The notes beneath the pieces are model-generated. The model made no database searches. It was not told the DNA's origin and worked only from the letters and a program-made list of their open reading frames with translations. A program made the position numbers and the translations under genes. Positions 57,284-64,000 of a stretch of DNA of 64,000 nucleotides are shown piece after piece; positions within the stretch are counted from its first letter, which is position 1, and the number at the start of each line of letters is the position of its first letter. The DNA is from Gemmatimonadales bacterium (GTDB lineage Bacteria; Gemmatimonadota; Gemmatimonadetes; Gemmatimonadales; GWC2-71-9): NCBI GenBank assembly GCA_035604455.1, contig DATNIM010000100.1, positions 7,592 to 71,591 on the forward strand. The letters run 5' to 3'.

Positions 57284-59085
57284 GGCGTCAGACCCCCGGC
57301 GGCCTCGCCGTCGGCGTAGAGCTCGTCTACCAGGGCTTTGTAGTGCTGCTCCACGGCGCGCCGTTTGACCTTGAGGGTGGGCGTCAATTCCCCCGCCTCG
57401 ATGGTGAAGTCGCGCTCCAAGAGCGCCACCCGCTTCGGCATTTCGAACTTGGCCCGGTCGTGCAACGAGCCCATCACTTCGCGCTCCATCTTGGCGTGCG
57501 CGTCCGGGAGGGCGATGAGCTCGGCGTGGGAGCCGAACGCGAGCCGGCGCTCGCGCGCCCAGCGCTCGAGCTGCTGGAAGTTCGGGACGACAAGCATGAC
57601 CGGAAACCGGCGCCGGTCCCCGAGCATGACGGCGTTCAGCACGAACTTGCTCGCCTTGACGAGGTTCTCAATCGGTTGCGGGGCGATGTTCTTGCCCCCG
57701 GCTGTGACGATCAGGTCCTTCTTCCGGTCCGTGATCTTGAGGTACCCGTCGGCGTCGAGCTCGCCGACGTCTCCCGTGTGGAACCAGCCCTCGGCATCGA
57801 TCGCCTCGCGGGTGGCCTGGGGCTGATTGTAGTACCCGAGCATGACGCCTGGCCCCTTGGTGAGGATCTCGCCGTCCGCGGCGATCCGCAGCTCGACCTC
57901 GGGGATGGCCTGGCCGACCGTGCCGATCTTGATGCGGTCGAGCGGATTGATCGTGAGCACGGGGGACGTCTCCGTCAGACCGTAGCCCTCCACCACAGGC
58001 AGCCCCGCTGCGAACATGAACTTCGCAATGTTGGGGGCGAGGGGCGCGCCCCCGGACACGAAGAGCCGCACCCGGCCGCCGGTGCGCGCGCGGAGCTTCG
58101 CGAACACGAGACGGTCCGCGAGCGCGTGCCGGAGAGCGACCCGGGGGGGCGGGCGGAGTCCGGCGAGGCGGTAGGTCGCCCAGGCGTCTCCCGCGCGGGC
58201 CGCCCAGTGGAAGATCCGGTTCTTCACGCGACCCCCGGCATGCGCCTGTTCGACGACCGCCGCATGGATCTTCTCGTAGAACCGAGGGACCGACAACACC
58301 ACCGTCGGTCGGATTTCGAGCAGGTTCTGCCGGACGAGGTCGAAGGACTCGGCGTAGTTGATGACCACTCCCGCGTGGAACATCGTGTACGCCACCATCC
58401 GCTCGAAGACATGGGACAACGGGAGCATGGAGAGGCATTCATCGGTGTCGCCGATTGCGATCACCTGCCGCGACGCCATGATATTCGACCACAGGTTCTG
58501 ATGGGACAGCATCACGCCCTTGGGGTCACCGGTCGTGCCCGAGGTGTAAATGAGCGTCGCCACGTCAGTCGGGTCGGCCGCGACCGCGTCGGCCTGAAAC
58601 GCGGGATAGCGTGGCACGGCGGCGAGTCCCAGCGTCTCGAGATCGGCAAACCGCCGCACGCCGTCCGGCGCCTCGTCGAAGGCGATGATGTGACGCAAGG
58701 CGGGGAGCGCGCTCCGGACCGACAGGACCTTCTCCACCTGAGCGTTCGTCGAGCAGAACACCGCCACGGCTTCCGAGTCCCGGAGGATATACTCGACCTG
58801 CTTGGGGGGGAGCGTCGGATAGATGGGGACGTCTGCGGCGCGCGAGCACAAACAGGCATAGTCGGTCAGCGCCCACTCGGGCCGGTTTTCCGAAAGAATC
58901 GCGACGCGATCGCCGGCCTGCACACCAAGCTCGCGCAGCGCCAGCGCGTGGGCGCGGACGCGCTCCGCGACCGTGTCGTGGGAGAGCGTTTCCCACCGGC
59001 CACCGATCTTGTGCCGCAGCGCGGGCCGAGGGCCGAACCGAGCAACGGCGTCGAAGAACAGACCGGTCAGTGTGCCGGCGGTCAT
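57280..59085 (-). CDS. fadD: long-chain-fatty-acid--CoA ligase (AMP-dependent synthetase)
   Basis: 601 aa with the AMP-binding motif LIYTSGTTGDPKGVMLSHQN, plus YGLTETS, TGDVGELDADGYLKITDRKKDLI and GELTPTLKVKR. Confidence 0.88.
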   Translation of the reverse strand: MTAGTLTGLFFDAVARFGPRPALRHKIGGRWETLSHDTVAERVRAHALALRELGVQAGDRVAILSENRPEWALTDYACLCSRAADVPIYPTLPPKQVEYILRDSEAVAVFCSTNAQVEKVLSVRSALPALRHIIAFDEAPDGVRRFADLETLGLAAVPRYPAFQADAVAADPTDVATLIYTSGTTGDPKGVMLSHQNLWSNIMASRQVIAIGDTDECLSMLPLSHVFERMVAYTMFHAGVVINYAESFDLVRQNLLEIRPTVVLSVPRFYEKIHAAVVEQAHAGGRVKNRIFHWAARAGDAWATYRLAGLRPPPRVALRHALADRLVFAKLRARTGGRVRLFVSGGAPLAPNIAKFMFAAGLPVVEGYGLTETSPVLTINPLDRIKIGTVGQAIPEVELRIAADGEILTKGPGVMLGYYNQPQATREAIDAEGWFHTGDVGELDADGYLKITDRKKDLIVTAGGKNIAPQPIENLVKASKFVLNAVMLGDRRRFPVMLVVPNFQQLERWARERRLAFGSHAELIALPDAHAKMEREVMGSLHDRAKFEMPKRVALLERDFTIEAGELTPTLKVKRRAVEQHYKALVDELYADGEAAGGLTP

Positions 59086-59921
59086 GGCGCCAGGTGCACG
59101 ACGAAGCTCACCGGCGACCCGGCGAGCGGCGTGCCGACCGCCCGTTGCGCTCGGGCGGTCACGACGATTGAGTCGGGGAGGGTGCCGCCTCCGAGGTAGC
59201 GGACTTGGATCGCCGCGAGGCCGCTCGAATTCGTGGAGAGCGTATCGACCGTCACGCCCGTGTGCGTCGTGTCGCTCGTGACGAGGACCGCGCCCGCGCC
59301 GGGCGGGGCGCCCGTGAGCGCGAAGGTGACGGGGCGGCCGACCAATCCTGCCACGGTCGGCGGGTTCGAGGCGACGGTTATGGACGCCACCTCGACCTCA
59401 AGCGAGTCGGACAGCGAGTCGCCGGACCCGACCGACACCGTGTCCACAAGGGGACTCAACGCGACGAGCGTATCGGCCGCTGCCGTGACCGTGATCAGGA
59501 TTGGCGCGCTGCGAAGACTCCCCATCCACGCCTGAAGGTTCGTCGTTCCGGACCCGCGGCCCGTGAAGGTGCCGCGCGTGCTGTCCACCACCGCGAGCAC
59601 CGTCGTATCGAAGCTCGCCCAATACACGACGGCCCCGAGCGTGTCCCCGGGAAACGAGTCGCCGCCGGCTGTGTGGAGGATCGCGCGGGCACGGAGTGTG
59701 TCGGTCGCTTCGACCGAATCGTTCACCACGACCTCGAGCGCGATGACGCGACTCAGGTCAGGCGCGAACAACTGGCACGCTCCTATTCCCCCGGCGATGA
59801 CCGACCCTGCTAACAGCGCGCTGCTGACGAGGCGCCAACCGCTCAGGGCGCCTCCGCCGAGACGGCTTGGGGTGGGCCCGCCCCGAGGTCGCGCAACGCC
59901 TGCGTCGCGTGCTCGATCCAT
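59082..59921 (-). CDS. putative lipoprotein with Ig-like (Big_2-type) repeats
   Basis: Lipobox-like LLAGSVIAGGIGAC, then Thr/Val/Ser-rich beta repeats (..VLAVVDSTRGTFTGRGSGTTNLQAW..). The stop overlaps the fadD start (ATGA). The ATG at 59921 overlaps the upstream TPR gene by 79 nt, so the start is uncertain. Confidence 0.4.
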   Translation of the reverse strand: MDRARDAGVARPRGGPTPSRLGGGALSGWRLVSSALLAGSVIAGGIGACQLFAPDLSRVIALEVVVNDSVEATDTLRARAILHTAGGDSFPGDTLGAVVYWASFDTTVLAVVDSTRGTFTGRGSGTTNLQAWMGSLRSAPILITVTAAADTLVALSPLVDTVSVGSGDSLSDSLEVEVASITVASNPPTVAGLVGRPVTFALTGAPPGAGAVLVTSDTTHTGVTVDTLSTNSSGLAAIQVRYLGGGTLPDSIVVTARAQRAVGTPLAGSPVSFVVHLAP

Positions 59922-60298
59922 TTCTGAGCGTCAGGCCCTTTCGGGGGGTGTGCGAGAAACTCCTTCAGGTGCTGCTCGGCGCCGTCGGGGTCGCCTCGCT
60001 TGAGCAGCAGAAACGCTAGTCCGTAGTGCGCGCCCGCGAGCTGCGGCTCGACTTCGAGGGCGCGCCGATAGTGACGGATTGCTTCATCGAAGCGACGCGT
60101 CTTGGTGAGGGCGATCGCCATGTTCTGCAGGATGCGCGCGTCGTTCGGATGATCGCGAAGGGCGAGGCGATACGAGGTGAGCGCGCCGTCGAAGTCTCCC
60201 TGCCGCTCGAGCGCCAGCGCCTCATTGAGGTAGTCGAGGCGTCGCGGTGTGAGTTCCTCACCTCCGGAGCGACCGAAGAGTCGGCGCCAAAGACTCAT
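59843..60298 (-). CDS. small TPR-repeat protein
   Basis: Trimmed to ATG 60298 (MSLWRRLFG..). It has three TPR-like units (..GDFDGALTSYRLALRDHPNDARILQNMAIALTKTRRFDEAIRHYRRALEVEPQLAGAHYGLAFLLLKRGDPDGA..). Confidence 0.6.
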   Translation of the reverse strand: MSLWRRLFGRSGGEELTPRRLDYLNEALALERQGDFDGALTSYRLALRDHPNDARILQNMAIALTKTRRFDEAIRHYRRALEVEPQLAGAHYGLAFLLLKRGDPDGAEQHLKEFLAHPPKGPDAQKWIEHATQALRDLGAGPPQAVSAEAP

Positions 60299-60350
60299 GC
60301 GCCGAAAATAGCTTGCGGCCTCGTCGTTTTGCAATGTAGCTTGCAAACCC

Positions 60351-60929
60351 ATGCCCTATTCGCCGCCGCCACCAGGCCCACCGAAGCCGCCCGCGTCCCG
60401 GAACACGTTCAGCACTCGTCCCGGACGCAAACCCGCTCACGGGGTCTTGCAGGTCGACTGGCCGTTCTTCGGCGAGTTGTGCCGTGCGCTCGCGCTTCGG
60501 ATTTTCCGGGAGTACGATCCCGAGCTCGTGATCGGAATCGCTAAGGCCGGCGTTATTCCCGGCGCCGTGGTCGCGAGCATTCTGCAGCGCGACTTCGCCT
60601 CGATCGCCATCACCCGGGAGGCGAGCGGCCTGCGGCCCACCGTGATCGCAGGGCCGTCGCGGATCGTCACGGCCAAGCGGGTCGTCATTGTCGACGAGAC
60701 CTGTGATACCGGCGACACGATGAAGCTCGCGCTCGCCGCCGTGCGAGAGCTCAAGCCAGCCTCCGTGAAGACGGCGGTGTCGTTTCGGACGGGAGACTAC
60801 AAGCCCGACTTCTACGCGCTCGAGAGCGACAACTTCATCATCCTGCCCTGGGACCGCGAGGTCATCGTGAACGGGGAAATCGTGGTGCGTCCCGACTACG
60901 CGGAAAAGCTCCGAGAACTAGCGGAGTGA
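60351..60929 (+). CDS. phosphoribosyltransferase (purine PRTase-like)
   Basis: PRPP-binding motif VVIVDETCDTGDTM and ..LVIGIAKAGVIPGAV... The first ~30 codons are Pro-rich with lower GC3, so the true start may be the TTG near 60447. Confidence 0.65.
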   Translation: MPYSPPPPGPPKPPASRNTFSTRPGRKPAHGVLQVDWPFFGELCRALALRIFREYDPELVIGIAKAGVIPGAVVASILQRDFASIAITREASGLRPTVIAGPSRIVTAKRVVIVDETCDTGDTMKLALAAVRELKPASVKTAVSFRTGDYKPDFYALESDNFIILPWDREVIVNGEIVVRPDYAEKLRELAE

Positions 60930-62302
60930 GAGACCGCCTGACCGCCGCGGTCCGTCGTGCCCCTGCCGAATTCACGGAACTTCGCCTCGAAACCAGCTGG
61001 ACCACCGCCGTCACCTTCCGCGGCCGACACCTCGAAAACGCGACGGCGAGCGTCGATGAGGGAGGGTGCGTCCGGGCGCTCAATCGCGGCTGCGGGTGGG
61101 GGGTGGCCTCGTTCACCTCGCTCGACGCCTTGCCCCAGATGGCGCAGCGGGCCAATGAACTGTCACGTGCGCTCCGCCTAGACCGGCCAATCGAACTTGC
61201 GGAGGTGCCCCCTCACGAGGCCGACGTGGACGCGGGCCTGGACGGGGATGTCCGCGGGATCGGCCTCGAGGAAAAAACCCGGCTGCTTGAGGCGTACAAC
61301 GGGGCGATGCTCAGCGTGGGCGGCATCGTCGATACCGTCGGGAGCTATCGCGACAGCGTCACCGAGTATTGGTACCTCAACTCCGAGGGCACCACGCTCC
61401 ACGAGCTCCGTCCCGAAGTCACGCTCTCCGGTAGCGCCATCGCCCGCCGGGACGACGTGATCGAGAGGGGCTTGGCGTCGATCGGTCTCCGCCGCGGCTG
61501 GCGCAGCGCGCAGGGCCATGAAGGGGAATTCCGGGCGGCCGCCGAGCGGGCGGCCGCGCTGCTCACGGCGCCGCGCATCCGCGGCGGCGCGTATCCTGTC
61601 GTCCTTGACCCCGAGCTGGCCGGCGTGTTCATCCACGAGGCGTTTGGGCATCTCTCGGAGGCCGACTTCGTCTTCGAGAACCCGCAGGCGCGTGAGATGA
61701 TGACCCTCGGTCGTCGGTTCGGCACGCCACTTTTGAACGTCGGGGACAACGGCGCCGCGCCGGGGCTCCGTGGCACGCTGCCGTTCGACGATGAGGGGAC
61801 GCCGACCCAGGACACGCCCCTCATCCGCGACGGAGTGCTCGTCGGCCGCCTGCACTCGCGGGAAACCGCGGCCGCGATGGGCGAACGGCCGACCGGGAAC
61901 GCGCGCGCCATCTCGTTCCGGCACCCGCCCATCGTGCGCATGACGAACACCTACATCGGAAACGGCCGGGGCAGCTTCGCCGACTTAATCGCCGGCATCC
62001 GGCTCGGCGTCTACGCCTGCGGTGCGTTCGGTGGGCAGACCATGCTCGAGAACTTCTCGTTCACGGCGGCGCACGGCCGGATGATCCGCGATGGCCAGCT
62101 CGCCGAGCTCGTCAAGGACGTGGTCCTCGCCGGCAACCTCTTCCAGACCCTAGATCGCATCGAACACATCGCGGGCGACTTTCAGTGGACACAGATGGGC
62201 GGCGGCTGCGGCAAGGGCGGGCAGTTCCCGCTGCCCGTCACCGAGGGCGCGCCGCACGTCCGCATCGAGGAGGCCTTGATCGGGGGCGACGTGCCGCAAT
62301 GA
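60926..62302 (+). CDS. tldD: TldD-family metalloprotease
   Basis: 458 aa with HEAFGHLSEAD (HExxxH), and C-terminal ..GGCGKGGQ.. and ..GAPHVRI.. motifs typical of TldD. Confidence 0.85.
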   Translation: MRDRLTAAVRRAPAEFTELRLETSWTTAVTFRGRHLENATASVDEGGCVRALNRGCGWGVASFTSLDALPQMAQRANELSRALRLDRPIELAEVPPHEADVDAGLDGDVRGIGLEEKTRLLEAYNGAMLSVGGIVDTVGSYRDSVTEYWYLNSEGTTLHELRPEVTLSGSAIARRDDVIERGLASIGLRRGWRSAQGHEGEFRAAAERAAALLTAPRIRGGAYPVVLDPELAGVFIHEAFGHLSEADFVFENPQAREMMTLGRRFGTPLLNVGDNGAAPGLRGTLPFDDEGTPTQDTPLIRDGVLVGRLHSRETAAAMGERPTGNARAISFRHPPIVRMTNTYIGNGRGSFADLIAGIRLGVYACGAFGGQTMLENFSFTAAHGRMIRDGQLAELVKDVVLAGNLFQTLDRIEHIAGDFQWTQMGGGCGKGGQFPLPVTEGAPHVRIEEALIGGDVPQ

Positions 62303-63618
62303 TCGAGCGGTGGCTCGATGCGGCTCAGCGGGCTGGCGCGCAGCAGGCAGATGGGTGGTGGCACCGCGCGGAGCGTACGGTCGTCAGCTTCGAGTGGGGC
62401 CGACTGAAGGCCGCGAGTGTTGGCGAAGAAGCGGGCGTGAACCTGCGGGTGCTCTCGCAAGGGCGGGTGGGTGTGGCGGGCTCGACCGTTCTCCATGACG
62501 GCCCCGACGACCTGACTGCCCGGGCCCTCGCCTCCGCCGCGCTCGGCGAGCGCTTCGGGCTCGAGTTCCCGGGCCCGTGCACGCCGGCCGTGGTCTCGAC
62601 CTTCTCCGCGCCTGCGGCGGAGGCGTCCCTAGACCACCTCGTCGGCATCGGCCGAGAAGTGGTCGAGCGGCTCGCGCGCGACGGATGTCAGGTGAACGTC
62701 ACCGTCGAGCGCGAAGTGACCGAAACCGAGTTCGGGAACACCGCCGGTGCCGCGGGCACCTACCAGGCGACAGCCGTCGCCGTCAGCGCGGACGTCTGGC
62801 GGATCGCGGGCGACGACGTGCTCACCGTGGCCGACGGGATCGACGACACGGGTGTGCCAGATGCCTCCGCCTTGTCCGCGCTCGTGCAGTCGATCGACGA
62901 GCGGTTGCGCCGGGCGGAGGTGGTCGTGGCGCCTCCCGAAGGCGGGTTGCCCGTGGTCTTTACGCCAGCCGGCCTAGCGGCGGTGCTCTTGCCCATTACG
63001 CAGGCCCTGTCTGGGAAGGCCGTCCTCCAGGGCGTCTCCCCCCTGGCGGGGAGGGTTGGCGAGCGGGTGTTCGACGCGGCCTTCTCGGTCACCGACGACC
63101 CGACGCGTGCGGGCCGCCCCGCCTCCCGGCCTTTCGACGACGAGGGTGTCGCCTCGCGCCCGACCCCGTTAGTTGAGGCGGGCACCGTGCGAGGATTCAT
63201 TTTTGACCTGGAGACCGCGGCGCGGGCCAAGGCGACGAGCACGGGCCATGGCCACCGCGACATCTTCGGGAAACCAGCTCCCGGGTTCACGAACCTCGTG
63301 GTGGGTCGAGACGACGGCACCCCTGACGGTGCCCTCGGTGGTCAGCTCCTCGGTCCCATTGTCGATGGCCTGCTGGTCGACGACCTCATCGGCGTCGGAC
63401 AGGGGAACGTCGCCGGAGGCGCGTTCAGCCACCCGGTGGCGTTGGCGTACCGGGTCGTGCGGGGTGAGATCGCCGGGCGGGTGAAGGACGCGGCGGTGGC
63501 GGGGAACAGCTACGATCTGCTGAAGCGGATCGGCGGAATCGGTCGGGACCGGCGCTGGTACGGCCGCCGTCTCACGCCCTCGCTGCTGTTCGACGGCGTG
63601 AGCGTCGCGCGACGCTAG
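62299..63618 (+). CDS. pmbA: PmbA/TldE-family protein (TldD partner)
   Basis: Trimmed to ATG 62299, an ATGA overlap with the tldD stop. It has the TldD/PmbA fold pattern without HExxxH and a C-terminal ..GVSVA... It is paired with tldD. Confidence 0.8.
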   Translation: MIERWLDAAQRAGAQQADGWWHRAERTVVSFEWGRLKAASVGEEAGVNLRVLSQGRVGVAGSTVLHDGPDDLTARALASAALGERFGLEFPGPCTPAVVSTFSAPAAEASLDHLVGIGREVVERLARDGCQVNVTVEREVTETEFGNTAGAAGTYQATAVAVSADVWRIAGDDVLTVADGIDDTGVPDASALSALVQSIDERLRRAEVVVAPPEGGLPVVFTPAGLAAVLLPITQALSGKAVLQGVSPLAGRVGERVFDAAFSVTDDPTRAGRPASRPFDDEGVASRPTPLVEAGTVRGFIFDLETAARAKATSTGHGHRDIFGKPAPGFTNLVVGRDDGTPDGALGGQLLGPIVDGLLVDDLIGVGQGNVAGGAFSHPVALAYRVVRGEIAGRVKDAAVAGNSYDLLKRIGGIGRDRRWYGRRLTPSLLFDGVSVARR

Positions 63619-63980
63619 GCGCCGAACGCGTCGGTGTAGGGACGACCCTGGCTGACGTGGTCGTAGACGGCGTTCAGGGTGTCCGGCGACGCCGACAGGA
63701 ATCGGCAGCGCGCATCGTCCTTGCTGCGGCACTCCACCTCGAGCACGGCAACCGGCTCGCCCGAGAGGCGGCCCAGGAAGTCGGCGAGCATTCCTGATGT
63801 AAAGAAGCACATCGGGGTCTCGGCGGACCCCGGCTCCGCCTCCACCCAATCGGCGCTGTCCATGGCGAGCGCCGCGGCTCCCAGCGGGCCCACCGTTAGC
63901 GAGCCCCACCCGGTCGACTCAAAGAAGGAAGAGAGAATGGTGGACAGTCGGGCCGCATCGAGGTTCTGCGGTTCGGGCAC
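63615..63980 (-). CDS. V4R (4-vinyl-reductase-type) small-molecule-binding domain protein
   Basis: 121 aa. CFFTSGMLADFLGRLSGEPVAVLEVECRSKDDARCRFL is the characteristic V4R C-terminal Cys pattern. It has a GTG start. The stop overlaps the pmbA stop (CTAG). Confidence 0.5.
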   Translation of the reverse strand: MPEPQNLDAARLSTILSSFFESTGWGSLTVGPLGAAALAMDSADWVEAEPGSAETPMCFFTSGMLADFLGRLSGEPVAVLEVECRSKDDARCRFLSASPDTLNAVYDHVSQGRPYTDAFGA

Positions 63981-64000
63981 GCCGGTTTCCGCGGCGACCC

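Noticed and set aside
57262-59199. A 645-aa + strand ORF, the longest unassigned ORF in the track.
   Set aside because: It is exactly antisense to the fadD gene, which has unmistakable AMP-binding motifs. It has no motifs of its own and a shadow-ORF composition. The same reasoning applies to 43405-44907(-), 45332-46489(-), 47215-48858(-), 13036-14220(+), 14112-15287(+), 16278-17330(+), 24214-25245(-), 25832-27160(-), 33977-35572(-) and 7454-8596(-).

Overview
This is a very GC-rich, densely coding bacterial chromosomal segment. Third codon positions are almost all G/C, and many neighbouring genes share ATGA, GTGA or TGATG stop/start overlaps. All calls come from reading the sequence and the supplied translations by eye; no database search was run.

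About 60 protein genes can be supported. The long Arg/Pro/Gly-rich ORFs lying opposite them are GC shadows. Several track ORFs carry false N-terminal extensions that read through the upstream gene, and I trimmed these.

The content is mostly core metabolism:
- dnaE (partial) and hisIE
- an antiporter / outer-membrane protein / aminopeptidase unit
- glutamate dehydrogenase
- a lipA-pdhA-pdhB-pdhC-lpdA-(membrane protein)-lipB block
- a lipoprotein / amidotransferase / hybrid histidine kinase / GT2-DUF3108 / DHS-like string
- a POT permease
- gcvH-gcvP-LplA-like followed by an Opp/Dpp ABC operon, DUF3047 and a DMT permease
- coaE and hupB
- a long + strand string: aminotransferase, hypothetical, methyltransferase, HerA-like, Mre11, Rad50-like, GNAT, anion permease
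- an M13 peptidase and a CaCA exchanger
- a PTPS-folE-SDR pterin block
- fadD, a phosphoribosyltransferase, tldD/pmbA and a V4R protein

I saw no rRNA, tRNA, CRISPR array, transposase or integrase.

The observations most worth a second look are:
1. A promoter / long closing helix / terminator unit in the AT-richest gap (53473-53703), which is a candidate structured sRNA.
2. An archaeal-style HerA-like/Mre11/Rad50 string without NurA, with a deviant P-loop and a coupled double GNAT.
3. An animal-type PTPS translationally coupled to GTP cyclohydrolase I and an SDR, which suggests a tetrahydrobiopterin-type pathway.
4. A DEAD-box-like protein in which every catalytic motif is replaced but the DbpA RNA-binding domain is retained.
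5. A GT2-DUF3108 fusion coupled to a deoxyhypusine-synthase-like protein.
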